A stretch of 64,000 nt of DNA, taken from the human T2T-CHM13v2.0 reference genome, Homo sapiens. Position 1 is the stretch's first letter, and every line of letters begins with the position of its first letter. The notes beneath the pieces are model-generated. The model searched no databases, was not told the origin of the DNA, and saw only the letters and a list, made by a program, of their open reading frames with translations. Shown here one piece after another: positions 1 through 12,595 of this stretch. Made by a program: the position numbers and the translations under genes. The DNA is taken from the NCBI RefSeq assembly GCF_009914755.1, contig NC_060927.1; one strand, written 5' to 3'.

Positions 1-1137
1 TTGCAATCACGAATAATACTTTGTGAATGTTTTTGTGCATATCTTTGGATGCACCTCTATATGTCTTTGTGTTTGCTACCTGCTTAGAAGTAGAATTGTT
101 AGGCCATAGAGTATGTATTTATTTAGCATTAGCAGATACTCTGTTTTCCAAACTGATTGCACCAGTGTACACTTAGACCAGAAGTGTATGAGAGTTTCAG
201 TTGCTCTGCATCTTTGCCAACATTTGGATTTTTTTTCATTTTAGCCTTTTTGGTGAATACATAATAAAATTTCATTGTAGTTTTCAGTTGCATTTTCCTG
301 ATGATTGATGATCTTGAGCATATTTTACTATATTAACTTGCCATTCAGATGTTCTTTTGTGTAGTGCTTTTGAAAATTATTTTGCTCTTCATTTTATTAG
401 ATTTCTATCTTTTTATTTGTAATTTATAACAGTATTTTAAGTATCCTGGCTATGAATTCTTGTCAGATATGTGGTTCAAATTTTTTCTACCAAGCTGTGG
501 TTTCTTTTTTCTTTCTTCCTGGTGTTTTTTAATCATGTCAATTTATGTATCTTTTCATCTATAAGATGAAAAGGTGACAGCTTTTTATAACTTATTTAAG
601 AAATCTTTGATTGCCCCAAGTTCATGAAGATATTCTCATGTTATCTTCTAGATGATTTATTTTTATTTTGCATTTAGGCTTATAATCTATTTGGAATTGA
701 TTCATACGTCTGTGTGAAATAGAAGTCAAGGTTATTTTTCTTACATGAATATCTAATAGATCCAATGCCATTTATTGAAAAGATAGTACCTTCCCATTTT
801 TATCGAAAATGAATTTTATATGTGCAGGTCAGTTCTTGGACTTTCTACTCTGTTTAACTTGGTACCAATACTATTTTGTTTTTGTTGCTATAGCTTTATA
901 ATAAGTCTTGATATCTAGTAGTATAAGACCTCAGAGTTTGTTCTTCATTTTAAAGATTGTCTTAGCTATTCTTGGCTTTTTGTATTTCAATAAAAATTTT
1001 AAAATCAGCTTGCAAATTTCCAAAAATAGTACCTGTTAGGAATTTGGAATTATTGAATGTGCAGATTAATTTGAAGAGAACTGACATCTTTACAATATTT
1101 AGTATTCTAATCAATGAAAATGATATATTCTATTTCA

Positions 1138-1319
1138 ATGATGGCAAACTTAGTAGAGTCAGACTGTAAATATTTTAGAATTTGAGGATTATATACAGTT
1201 GCTGTCGCATATTCTTATTCTTTCTTTTTGTTTTATAGCCCTTTAAAAATGTAAAAACCGTTTTTAGCTCACAGGCAGGAAAAAAAACAGGCTGTAGGCT
1301 GCAGTTTGCCAATCCCTGC
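1138..1319. mobile_element. MER58-family hAT-Charlie DNA transposon fossil (MER58C-like)
   Basis: Starts ggcaaactt, ends gcagtttgccaatccctg (MER58 terminal motifs); internal ccctttaaaaatgtaaaaaccg...agctc. Confidence 0.65.
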
Positions 1320-1496
1320 TTTATTTATTTAGTTTTTATTTACTATATCTAATAATGTTTTATAGTTTTCTGGGGAGAGTTTTTGCATTTAAAATACTAC
1401 AGTTAAGTAGGAAGTCAATTATATTATTTTTAAAGATACCTTTTACCAGATTAAACAAGAGCCCTTCTATTTCTACTTTGCTAAGAGTTTTTACAT

Positions 1497-1882
1497 AAGC
1501 ACCATGGAATACTATGCAACCATAAAGAGGAATGAGATCATGTCCTTTGCTGGGACATGGAGGAGCTAGAAACCATTATCCTGAGCAAACTAACACAGGA
1601 ACTTATAAGTGGGATGCTGTTCTCACTTATAAGTGGGAGCTGAACAACACACACTGGGGCGTGTGTGTGTGTGTGTGCGCGCGTGCATGCGTGTGGGCTG
1701 GGGAGGGGTCTGGGGAGAAGGAGAACATTAGGATAAACAGGTAATGCATGTGGGCCTTAATACCTGGGTGATGGGTTGATAGGTGCAGCAAACCACAGTG
1801 GCACACATTTACCTATGTAACAAACCTGTGCGTCTTGCACATGTACCCTGGAACTTAAAATAACATTAAATTTTTTAAAAAA
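1497..1882 (+). mobile_element. 5'-truncated L1PA (L1PA13-16-like) 3' end
   Basis: catggaatactatgcaaccataaa...gatgggttgataggtgcagcaaaccac...cacatgtaccctggaacttaaaataa with an A-rich tail. Confidence 0.85.
1660..1694. repeat. (GT)n/(GC)n alternating purine-pyrimidine microsatellite inside the L1 3'UTR
   Basis: cgtgtgtgtgtgtgtgtgcgcgcgtgcatgcgtgt. Confidence 0.85.
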
Positions 1883-2281
1883 GTTTTTTAAATTATTAAT
1901 GACTGTTAACATTTATCAAATGCTTCTTCTGAATCAATTAAGATGATCATGATTTTTTTCTCTTACTAGTTAATGTGGTTAATTATAATTTTCAAATGTT
2001 AAACCAACCTCGCAGTCCTAGAGTAAACCCCATTTGGTAATTGTGTAGTATCCTTTAATATCTATATCTATATTGCTGTTTTCTTGTATATATTTTCATG
2101 AGAGAGATTGGCCTGTAGTCTTGAAATGTCTTTGTCATATTTTGATAGAGAGGTTATGCTGACCTCTTTTCTATTGTCTTTTTGTATTGTCTGAAACAAT
2201 TTGTATTTTGAGTGAGGTCATCTTCGTCTCTCAAGACCAGCCCAGTTGCCAGCTGAATACCACTGAATGAACAAGTAAGTA

Positions 2282-2590
2282 CAGTTGGCCCTCAGTATCT
2301 GTTGGCTCCACACCTATGGGTTCAACCAATTTCAGATCAAAAATACTTTTTAAAAATTCTGCAAAATTCCAAAAAGCAAAGCTTTAATTTTCTGTGTGCC
2401 TTGTGCTATGTTGAATCCATGTGAAGTGATATGCAAGCATTGTATTAGGTATTATAAATAATATAAATATAGGTTATGTGCAAATACTACACCATTTTAT
2501 ACAAGAGACATATAAAATCAGAGAATTCTCAGATGTTGGTATCTGTGAGGGATCCTAGAGCCAATCCCCCATGGATACCAAGAGATGATC
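2282..2590 (-). mobile_element. MER2-family Tigger (TcMar) DNA transposon fossil
   Basis: ta|cagttggccctcagtatctg start and ccaatcccccatggataccaagagatgatc end match the recalled MER2 termini in reverse. Confidence 0.75.
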
Positions 2591-3589
2591 ATATATACAT
2601 AGTGATACTACCATTGGTTAACTGTGGGACTATGAGAAAGTCACTTCTGAGACTCAGCTTCATCATCCATAAAATGCTACAGTTGAATCTTTAGGTAAAG
2701 TCTAGCTTTAATGGCCTGTGATTCCCTTTCGTTCTCTATTTCTTGGAATGTGCCGTGAAGATTGTGCTTTGCAAAGTGCTTTGAGCTGTTTTTCCTCACT
2801 CCTACAAGATGGCGATTCTAATGCTCTCAAGCATTTGTTTTGAAATTTATATTGAATTATTAATAAAGTATCCTCTGTGGAGAATAAGTTGAATATAGTA
2901 GGGAACTCAAGACATATGAAGATCTCAACTAGGAAATATCTGTCCTTTTCACTTGGTAGCCAAACTGTCACTGGAGATGAAGAGAGGGCCTTGGCCACTG
3001 TGCCAGGTGTGCCTGCTACAGTTCTTGGAAAACAGAGGCTGCTCAGTAGAGGAGGGTGATATATCTTCCTGACAAAGCTCCTGCCAGGAGACGATGTGCA
3101 TAACTCAGCCCTGAGCCTTTCTATGAGCTCTGCCAAATCCGACAGACAGGTAACAAAACACTGAAAAAAAAGTAATGTCAGCCCAGCCTGGCGAGTGCCA
3201 ACACCGCTCCCTTAATTACTCTACCTAGTGACAAAAGCTATTCATCAAACTCGAAATAAAGTGGTTTTAAAGTCAGAAATTTATGTGCCAGCCAGTGAGA
3301 GGCTGTAATTTTGGGGGCATTGGTTTAAAGCAACATAAAGCAAGATGAAAACAAATTGGAGAGCCAGGTAACTTTTCATTTACACAATGGCACCATCAGG
3401 TTTGTCTTTGGTTCTTTCTGATTTTCTCACCATGTCTTTCTCCCCACATTCTAGCCAAATAAAACTTTTGATCCAGGCCAAGATCCCATCCTGAAGCCAA
3501 AAGGAAGATTAATTCATTCTTGATTTACTTATTAAACATTTGTTGTATTAAATAAGTAGAGTGAAAAGAAGGCCGAGTAATCCTGGAGG

Positions 3590-4200
3590 AATTTATTTAT
3601 TCAACAAGCATTGACTACCTACAATGTGCCAGACATCAACAAAAGGGCTAGGAAAATGGTGGTAAACAAGACAGCAAAGAAATGTTTTCTTATGGAGCTC
3701 ACATATGTATACAGAAGAAAACGTAAATACATAAGAAGATGTGGATAGTGATAAATGAGAATGATGGGGGGTGGGCAGGGAAACACAAGAAGAGGCATGT
3801 GGAAATGTAAGCACTAGAGCAGCGGTCTACTTAGTGCATCTGGTGAATGGAAAATGGGCCAGTGTGGCTGGTGTGGGAAAGAGTGGAAATAGACAAGGTC
3901 GGAGAGGTTGACAGGGCCAGATCAAGAAGGGCCTTTGAGCCAGAATGAGGAGTGAGGATTTCATTCCAAGTACAGCATAAGCCAATGGAGAGTTTTAAGC
4001 ACAGTGATCATGTGACCAACACTTATTGAAAGTGAAGGATTTGAAAGGGTTTTTGCAAAAGAAGTCATTATCTAATTCAAGATTTATTGAGCTTAAACAA
4101 TTATTGAACCTTTGTTATGTGCCAGGTGCTGACGACAGAAAGATGAATAAGATGCTGACTCTGTCCTCGAGGTACATACAATCCAGTGGAGACACACAGT
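3590..4200 (-). mobile_element. L2 LINE fragments
   Basis: atttattcaacaagcattgactacctacaatgtgccag (L2 3' end, antisense), then gggccagatcaagaagggccttt and gccaatggagagttttaagca. Confidence 0.75.
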
Positions 4201-4425
4201 CTTGTGCATGAATAAGAACAACATGGCAATAATGAGCAACAGTGCCTTTGTGGGGCAAAGTCATGTGGTGCCACTTCCATCTGTTTTATTAACAAACAGA
4301 ACATGGTCTCTTAAAAGAGGCTTTTCTGGATGTGCTTTTTGTTTTTTTAAGTGCTGAAAGGTATGTACTACATTCCAGAAGATAAATATGCCCCTAGTTT
4401 GGCTCTCCCAGAGGAAGTGTGAGCA

Positions 4426-4784
4426 TTCTAAGAAGAGGCACAATGGAACCAAACGTCTCAAGACTTGTGTTCTCTTCCCTACATGGTTGGGAGACACTGA
4501 AATGAGAGCAGGTGTTTTTGGGAATCCAGTCTTCATTTTCTTCATCAGTAAAAGAGGGTTAAAATATTTGCTCTATAAAGTCCCCTCTAGCTGTCTCATT
4601 CTGAAACCCAAGGGAAGCTTTGTCTGGATCATTCATTTATAGGCTACATTTTTGCCTTAGTAATAGGGAATACTAACTTTGAACCCCAATAAAGCAAAAT
4701 GTTATCCCCCAAGGAGAATTATAGTCTTCCCATTAGTAGATGTATATTGCAAAACTTGTACTTAATTATGATTATTTAAAATTT
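4426..4784 (+). repeat. Dispersed direct duplication, copy A (paralog at 14039-14392); contains a MIR3-like tail
   Basis: Direct base-by-base match to 14039-14392: 6 substitutions in the first 245 bp, about 8 substitutions plus 4 small indels in the last ~114 bp. Confidence 0.95.
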
Positions 4785-6029
4785 TTGAATATTTGTAAAA
4801 ATTTTATAGAATTTTAAAAATGCTTTTGAATTTTAACAACTTGTAGAATATTTTTTTCTCTCTTGTCTAGCTAGGTACCTATATTATATCCTTGATTTTG
4901 TCTCATGTCCTGAAAAGCCTAAAATGTGGATCTTTATCAAAAAAGAATGCCAAATCTTGTTTTAAAACTGGAATGCTGTGGAACACAATGTTTCCCAGAG
5001 AGAAATCCCTGAAATTCTATTCCCACTGATCTTCAATGCAGAAGAGGTACCATGGTCAAATGAAGGCCCTGACAATTCCTGAAGTAATAACAAATTCACG
5101 ACCACAATCAAATGAACGTGCAAATCCATTTCACTGTGTTTAACTGAATGTTTTTCAATATCTGTGAAGACAGACTGTTCATTGGAAAACAATCCTCAAA
5201 ATGCACATTGGGCCCTGGCCGTGAGCTGGGTTCTGTCTGGCACACTCCTGTGTTCTCTAGGCATGTACTTTTATTCAAAGCCTCCAGCTGCAATGGTAGG
5301 GAAGTCTATGTTTGTTTCAAGTTATAGTCTTTCCCCTTTGCTGGACCATCTTGGCTGCAAACTGGGAGCCACACATGCCGAAACAATACATTTTCCTCCA
5401 AATCCTGGAACTGTTCCTTCCTAAAGTCCCATGCCTGGATGCCAGTGGAAGCAGTCTGGCCTCAGATTGAGGAGATCTGAATCTACAGACAATGTAAGAC
5501 ATTGAAGTTGCTTTTCCTTATAGAGGTGAGGGGTTTGAGTCATGTCACTTACATTCTCTTGCTTGGTTTCCCCTGTGACTCTAAGAACATTGTGCAGCAC
5601 ACTGTTTCCCCCTCAGTTTCCTTGTGGGACATCTGAACCCAATGCATGCAGGGGCTGAACTCTGTGAAGCTCTCACTGGGTTCAGATGAGCAGGGCTTGT
5701 GCCCTAACTCCTCTCCCTCTCCAAGCACTACCATTCCAATAATAACTGCTATCTCTTTTGAACTTTGTGAACCACCTGAGCAGGCTATGACACTAGCCTT
5801 TAGCAGTGGCCAGAGTGATTCACATGGCACCTGCAGGGCCAAACTCATTGAGGGACATTGTTAGACAGTGTTCAACAACTGAGGCATAGATAACAGTTGA
5901 ATGAGTGAACAAATGCCATTCAGCCCCAGAGAGTTGCCTCCTGGTAGGCAGGGACTTGTGCAGTGTGAGGATTCCAGACTGCTGTCTGTGCAAGGGATAC
6001 TATGTAGAGAGGAGGCAGGGCAGGAAAAT

Positions 6030-6240
6030 TGAACAAGCATAGGTTTGAGTCCCAGACCCGCCAAGCAGCCAAATATCACCTTAATCAAGTTTTAAAACTA
6101 TTCCTGGGGATGAGTTTTCTTCTGGAATACCTACCTTGCTGGATTCTTGTGATAATGAAGGCTTCATAAGGGAACTTATGTGACAACTATGAAGGATCTG
6201 ACACATGGTAAGAACTCAACGGATTACAGTGATGATAAAG
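6030..6240 (+). mobile_element. MIR SINE relic
   Basis: ggtttgagtcccaga...atacctaccttgctggattcttgtgataatgaa...acacatggtaagaactcaa. Confidence 0.6.
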
Positions 6241-7224
6241 CAGTTACTAGGGTTGAAGGCCTCATCAGCCATCACCCCGTCGACTCCCTATATTCAAGAT
6301 GAGGTGACTTAATCAATATGCCAGTCAGTGGGGGAACCCAGGTTTCCTCAGTCCTAGTTTAGTGCTCTGTTACACATTTCTGCCTTCAATTATACATTAA
6401 TTTCTGAAAGAAAAATTGCAGTTCTAACCTTGAATATCCCTGTAAATTCTGGCTTTGCATTGAAACCCGAAGGATGGGTACCTGGCCTCCAGTGTTTGTG
6501 GGCTGCTCAATGGGACTTTTTAACCACAAAGCTGAGAACATTGCCTTCTAGAAAGAGGGCATCTCTCTTGCTGACACTCACAGGTTGCCAGGCTGGGACT
6601 TGGGAACACCAGGCTCACAAATGCCCCATACATGTGAGCAGTTGGCTAGTCTATGTCTCATGCCTTGAGGAAGGTGAAAGATCCTCGAGCCATTGTATTG
6701 CTGTCTCACCACACACCTGGCTGGAGCTAGACTTCTGGGGCTTGGCTGAAGTTTTGAAGGAACCACCTGAGGTGACTCAGGTAAGTAGCAACAAGGCAGG
6801 GAGGAGAGAAGCAGAGGCAGCAGAAGGGAAGAGAAGGACAAAGGCACTCGTAATAGGCTGGAGCAGGCAATGGTTTTCTTCCTCAAGAAAACAATATACA
6901 CCATGTCTAGATTCCTTGCCAGACTAGCCTATAAAAATTGCATTAAACACATAAGCCTTATGAGCTATAATACTCCTGAACTGTTAGAGTTACCGAAGTT
7001 TCTGTGAACTAGACTGAGTACCTCCTCACTTAGCATTTTCATAGTCTTATTATTAATTACTTTATTATAAAAATATCAAAGTATACTGAAGAGTATAAAA
7101 TAAGTCTTTTCCCTTACTCTGTCCCCAAACTGATCCAACTTCTAGAGTTTTCTGTTGATAGTTTCTTATATATCTTGCAGATATTTTCTCTATATACGTA
7201 ACTGTAGTAGGTATAAAGTCCACA

Positions 7225-7735
7225 AACATCACTCAGAAAGTGACATTTGAAGTGTCACTGGAGGAGGACAGGAAGTGAGCCATGTAGCTATAGGGGCTGG
7301 GGAATTCCAAAAAGAGTGAACAGCAAGTGCTGAGCCCCTGGATGAGAGTGGTGGGCTTGAGGAGTGGCAAACAGGCCCTGAGGCTGGAGTGCAGGGAGGA
7401 AGGAGGAGATGTGTGGGTTGAGCTGGAGAACCCACAGGGCTCCGTCGGTCAGGGTAGGGGCTTGGGCTTTAACTGAGTAAAATGAACATCTGTGAGCAGA
7501 AGCACACCATGATCTGACTTATTTTTAATAGCAGGGAGAATCATTTGGAAGCTATTGTATAATCATCCAGGTGAGGGATGATGGTAGCAAGAATCTTGAT
7601 GGTAGTGGAGTGTAAAAATAATTGGATGCTGGATATATTTTCACGGTACAGCTAATGTGATTTGTTGTTGGATTGGTTGTGGAGTGTGAGAGGATGAGAG
7701 GAATGCAGGGCAACTTCTAGATTTGGTTGCTGAAT
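7225..7735 (-). mobile_element. L2 LINE fragment
   Basis: cagaaagtgacatttga...gaacagcaagtgctgagcccctgg...ggaagctattgtataatcatccaggtgagggatgatggt. Confidence 0.75.
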
Positions 7736-8536
7736 AGCCAGAATAACATGGTGGCAAATTCATGGTGGGGCCAGTATTCCAAACCAAGCCTACTGGGCGC
7801 GGGTTCTCTACTTCCTGCTCTATACAGTCTTGCCTCCTGGGCACCACACAACCTTCCACAACACTGTGCTGTGGTAAAAGTTTGCACTCCAAGGCAAAGA
7901 ACAAAATGTCAGAATATTGCCTTCCATTGAGTTGGAACCTTTTTAGATCAAATCAGTCATAGTGTCTGAAAGGGTGTTCTTTTGGTCATTTCTGATATTT
8001 AAAAGATGCTTACTAGAATCCAGGTGATTCATCTCTAGAATTCTGGACTCACTTGTTGGGAATGATTGAACTGGACCATTACTCCAGAAAGTCTTATATT
8101 TCTGTTTTTGGTGACTACACTCTCTGTGTGAGAGTTTTGCTGTGTTTTTTGTTCATCCATCACTTTCTGTGCCTTATAATGAAAACAGTGAAGACAAATG
8201 TGCTATTTATAATTTTCTTCCTGGAGTCATTTCAATTAAAAATTAATTAAATGTCTTCACATCATAATTTTAAAGTATTCTATCAGCAATGGTGAGACAA
8301 CATAAAAGCTGTAAGAATCCCCAAGTCTAAAATAAACTTATGCAAATACCTTTTCAAAATGCCACTGTGTGCATAGACAGCATTACTTAAACATGGTTAG
8401 TACTTTTATGTCTTTATTAATTTTATTAAAGTATAGAAAGGAAGACTTGGGATTAAGGGGTATTCAGGGAAGACATTTGCAAAGTGTTAGAGTATAGCAT
8501 GGTAGGGGCTGTTGAGGTTTCTTTGCTTTAGAACCA

Positions 8537-8692
8537 CTGGTTCTCACATTTTGGTGCCTACCAGGAAACACTTGAACTGGTAAAGTGCATGAAGGCCTGG
8601 GTTCACTGAAGTAGGATATGGACTGGGTCTTTCATATTTTTGTTTGGTTCCCTGGGTGATTTTGAATACCCATGAAAATGTGAGAGCTACTG
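8537..8692. mobile_element. MER5-family hAT-Charlie fossil
   Basis: cactggttctcacatttt start; ccctgggtgattttgaat...gtgagagctactg end. Confidence 0.55.
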
Positions 8693-9269
8693 CTTTAGAG
8701 GACCACACTTCCTTAGTATTTTGAGTCAGTGATTCTGGATTCTGAACATGACACACCAGGAGGTAAAATCTGTTCTGCTCAATGCTTTGGGTGCCTTAGG
8801 TGTGATATCCAACTCCCGCCTTCCAGGAATATGATGTCTGAAAATGGCTGAAGTCAGCAGGGGTCCCAAACATTTCATACCTAGAAACACCTAGGTATGA
8901 CACTCTTTCCTTAGAAACTGAGCTGTGGAATTCTGGAGTTCCATTGATAAGACCGCAAATGTGTGGATTTGCAGGTGACATATTGGTTTGCACCAAAGCA
9001 ATTCTCTTATTTCTCTGCCAAATGCATCTTTCCCTATAGGGGCCCCCAAGTCTATTTTTCTGCCAAGAAACCCACGGTGGTTATAAGTGAGGGAAGGGAA
9101 GGCTGTGTGGACTAACTCCAACGTTAGAGATGAAGTCCTCCCTAATGAAAGGCAGCAGGAGATACAAATCTAAAGTCAGGGGAGACAGGGTTACTGCAGG
9201 ATTTAGACTATTTTAATTCCACATTTTATTTCCATTGTGGGAGAGAAAGACATCCTTGAACTTCCCAAT

Positions 9270-9500
9270 AATAGTAACTGTTAAAAAGTGCTAAGTATTG
9301 TCCCAAAAGCATTCTGGACAATATTTTAATTATCCTCATAAACTCAACTGAAGATTCAGTATTATGCTCATTTCACAGAAGAGGAAATGGAGGTACAGAG
9401 AACCTGCCCAAGGCCATGCCAGCCTGTTACGGGAGCTAAGACCCAAACCCAGGCTGACTGGTTGCAAAGTATATAATTTTAACCATTATGCTCTGCTGTC
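9270..9500 (-). mobile_element. MIR SINE relic
   Basis: tattatgctcatttcacagaagaggaaatggaggtacagaga...cctgcccaaggcca...aaacccaggctgactgg. Confidence 0.7.
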
Positions 9501-10069
9501 TTTCAACCTAGCAGGATTTATGCCCCTCTACCCCACTCCATTATGCAGGCCTAGGAATCATAAATGGGAGTGATACAGAGAGACGAATACTCCAAGGCAG
9601 CCCTTCAGACAATTGAGGTGTCTGGTGTCAGGCAAGACAACTGGGGGCTCCTGGGAGCCCTCCCTTGTCTGAGAAACAAGGTCCAGGGTGGGATGAGGGT
9701 GGGGGTGGGGGCATGCAGGGAGGTGGTCAGCTGGAACACAGTGGCACAGCTGAACTTGTTCCTTATAGGTGGCATCCATTGTGACTGGGCAGTGCCTGCA
9801 GCATACCAGTCCTTGAATGTTCTGTATGTCACTCCTGGGTGTATGTTCTTCTCCCTGAGAACCATTGTTGGCTTGAAGATAGGCCCCTGAATTATCATGG
9901 ACCTTCTTCTAGGACAGAAGAGAGAGGCCAGTTGTTCAGTGGGCCGTCAAGTGCTGCTGACAAGTGGCAAGCTGTGAGCTACTGGGAAGCCTTGAGTTGT
10001 GGAGTGGGAATGGTGGAGGGTAGAGGTGGTTCAGTGGATAGGATGAACACCATGATCCCCAGGGCAAGA

Positions 10070-10555
10070 TTTCTAAAACTTGAGTAATATAAGGATCCCT
10101 TCTAAGGGAAAAATATTACAGCATATCTCCAGTATAAAATTTATTCTTATTATAGTATTACTACTTAAGGCTCAAACGAAACATTAATTATAAATCTTTA
10201 TCTTTATGAATTATAAAACTAAATTTAACAAAAACATATGCAAATGACAATAACAATAAAATTCAAGTTAGTAGTACTGATTTAATGTGATAGATGCTGT
10301 TGCTTTGCTGAAACAGCCACACCTTGCAATACATCGATGGCGTTGGCACTACAGGCTCTTTGGATGCAGGACCTCCACTTCACATGTGATAGGATGACTC
10401 GGTTAACCTTGTACAGTTTTCTACTGCAAGACCTTTGTTTGTCTGTGAAGTCCTTTGGCTCCCATCATATGCAAAAATGTTATTGATGAGTTATGTCGAT
10501 CTCTGAAGAACTCCTTGGTGCCAATGTGATTGTGATACAAACTTGGGTACAATGT
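10070..10555. mobile_element. Probable hAT-Charlie-like DNA transposon fossil (subfamily unresolved)
   Basis: Charlie-like terminus tttctaaaacttgagtaatataaggatccc and a degenerate opposite end aaacttgggtacaatg; the interior was not matched to a consensus. Confidence 0.35.
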
Positions 10556-10722
10556 TGTATGATGGTTATAAGTGGGTGATTATATAGATAATAAATAATG
10601 GGCCTATTTAGATTTTTTTAGATTGATTTGGGATTATGTTCCACTGGGAATTAAGCTCTTATAAGAGCAGGGGCTTTGTTTTGCTCTCTGCTGTATTCTC
10701 AGTGCTGAGCACAGTACCTAGA

Positions 10723-11040
10723 ACAGCTCTGCCCAATAGACATAGAATCCAACCATAGGTAGGAGTCACATATGCAATTTAGAATTTTCTAGTAGCCACA
10801 TTTCAAACAGTGAAAGAACAGGTGGAATCAACTTTAATATATTTTATTTAGCCCAATATATTCAAAATACTATCATTTTTATGTGTAATCAATATTCAAA
10901 TTATTGAGATATTTTACATTTTTCTAAGTTTCCAAAATTTGGTATGAATTTTACATTTAAAGCATGCTCAAATAAGGCTAGCCACCTTTCAAGTGCTCAA
11001 TCATCACATGTGGCTAGTGGCTACTGTATTGAACAATATA
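10723..11040. mobile_element. MER33 hAT-Charlie fossil inserted in an L2 tail
   Basis: cagctctgcccaataga...aattttctagtagccacatt...gtgctcaatcatcacatgtggctagtggctactgtattgaaca; L2 tail (cacagtacctag...ataggtgctaaataaa) on both sides. Confidence 0.8.
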
Positions 11041-11209
11041 GATATAAAAGATAATAGGTGCTAAATAAACTTTAAAAAATATTGCTGTATGAAGGATAAA
11101 AAGAACTTTCAGGTCCTCAAACCTTCAATCATTCTGGTTTCAGTGATTCTGATGCTGTCTCTCATATTATAGTGGGGAAGCAGCAAAAGAAGTGATTCTA
11201 AACCTCTTC

Positions 11210-11660
11210 TCACTTGAATAAATGCAGTGGCATCCTCCTACCCAGTCTCCTTGCATGCAGCCTTGCTCCTTTGTAATCATTGCTACCCAGGACAGCTAGA
11301 CTGCCTTTTCCTAAAATGCAAAGCTTAAGTCCCTCCCTCATTCAAAAACCCTCCAGTGGCTTCTCTTCAACATTAAAATAAAGTCCAGTTTCCTTAGCAT
11401 GGATTGGAAGGCCTGTGATGATCGGGCCCTTATATTCTCTTCTGCTCTCCTTAAAGTCTCTGCCCCATCCAGACTGGATTTATTCCTGTTTTTTTTTTCA
11501 CATGCTGCGTCATGTGCCTGCAACATTCCTTTCTGCTCCTCATTCCTTGGCTAACTCCTCCATATCCATCAAGTACAGGTTAAAATGTCACTTCTAGGAA
11601 GCCCCCCCTGACCCCATGGACTGTGTAGCTCTCCGATTCTTGCTGCTGTGTACTGCCCTA
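11210..11660 (+). mobile_element. L2 LINE fragment
   Basis: caaaaaccctccagtggcttctcttc...aaaataaagtccagtttccttagcatgg...ttaaaatgtcacttctaggaagcccccc. Confidence 0.7.
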
Positions 11661-11868
11661 GTTAAATATTCCTCACTCGCACATCCCACATCAGAACCCT
11701 CTTTTCAGGAACTGTGCCTCCTACTTTTTGGGAACTGGGATAACTAAGGAGAAAGACAAAGGCTGACTTGGATTGTAGAGGACTGGTAGATTTTATTATC
11801 ACAAAGTGTGGCAGAAGTCTTGGGAGAAAGGAAATGGACATTTTCTACCTAGTTAAAAATGTTATGCT

Positions 11869-12168
<300 letters not shown>

Positions 12169-12401
12169 CTAAGGCTTAAGTAAATTGCAGAAATCCCATT
12201 CTTCCTATCACCATGTGGACCAGGGAATTATTCCAGTTAAGGTCAGCTGGCCCCTGTGTCTTTTTTCAATTGGGAGATGTGAGTTTTGGAAAACTTGTGG
12301 CTCCTCTGTCCTTGAGTATTGAGGGTTCCTCCTAGGTCCTCCCCCTCATCAATTAAAATGACTCACATAGCAATGATATTTAGCATACATATCAACTAGA
12401 A

Positions 12402-12595
12402 CAGTGGTTCTGAACCAGAGGAACATCTCAAAATCACCAGGGAGTTTTGCTAAAATACAGCTGTTACATATCTGCTCTCCCCTACTCCCCCTCTAGGCCC
12501 ATGAATCAGAATCTCTCAGGATGGGGGCCAGCAATATGTACTATGTGTGGGCTTCTCAGTCAACTGATATTTCATCTCTGGTTAAGAATTATTGA
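12402..12595. mobile_element. MER5-family hAT-Charlie fossil
   Basis: cagtggttctgaacc...aatcaccagggag...tgaatcagaatctct...ggttaagaattattg. Confidence 0.65.

Larger units (their letters stand above)
1..2210 (-). mobile_element. Old L1M (L1MB/MC/ME-class) LINE fragment, interrupted by MER58C and an L1PA 3' end
   Basis: T-rich antisense L1 ORF2/3' sequence (e.g. ttgcattttcctgatgattgatgatcttgagcat; gattaatttgaagagaactgacatctttacaatatt) that resumes after both insertions. Confidence 0.8.

Noticed and set aside
3590-4025. Extending the 4426/14039 duplication leftward via the L2 elements upstream of both copies
   Set aside because: The L2s at 3590-4200 and 13110-13945 share only family-level similarity, not the >90% identity of the duplicated unit
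10317-10400. Exon-like stretch after tgctttgctgaaacag
   Set aside because: No good donor, stops follow quickly, and it probably lies within a DNA transposon fossil
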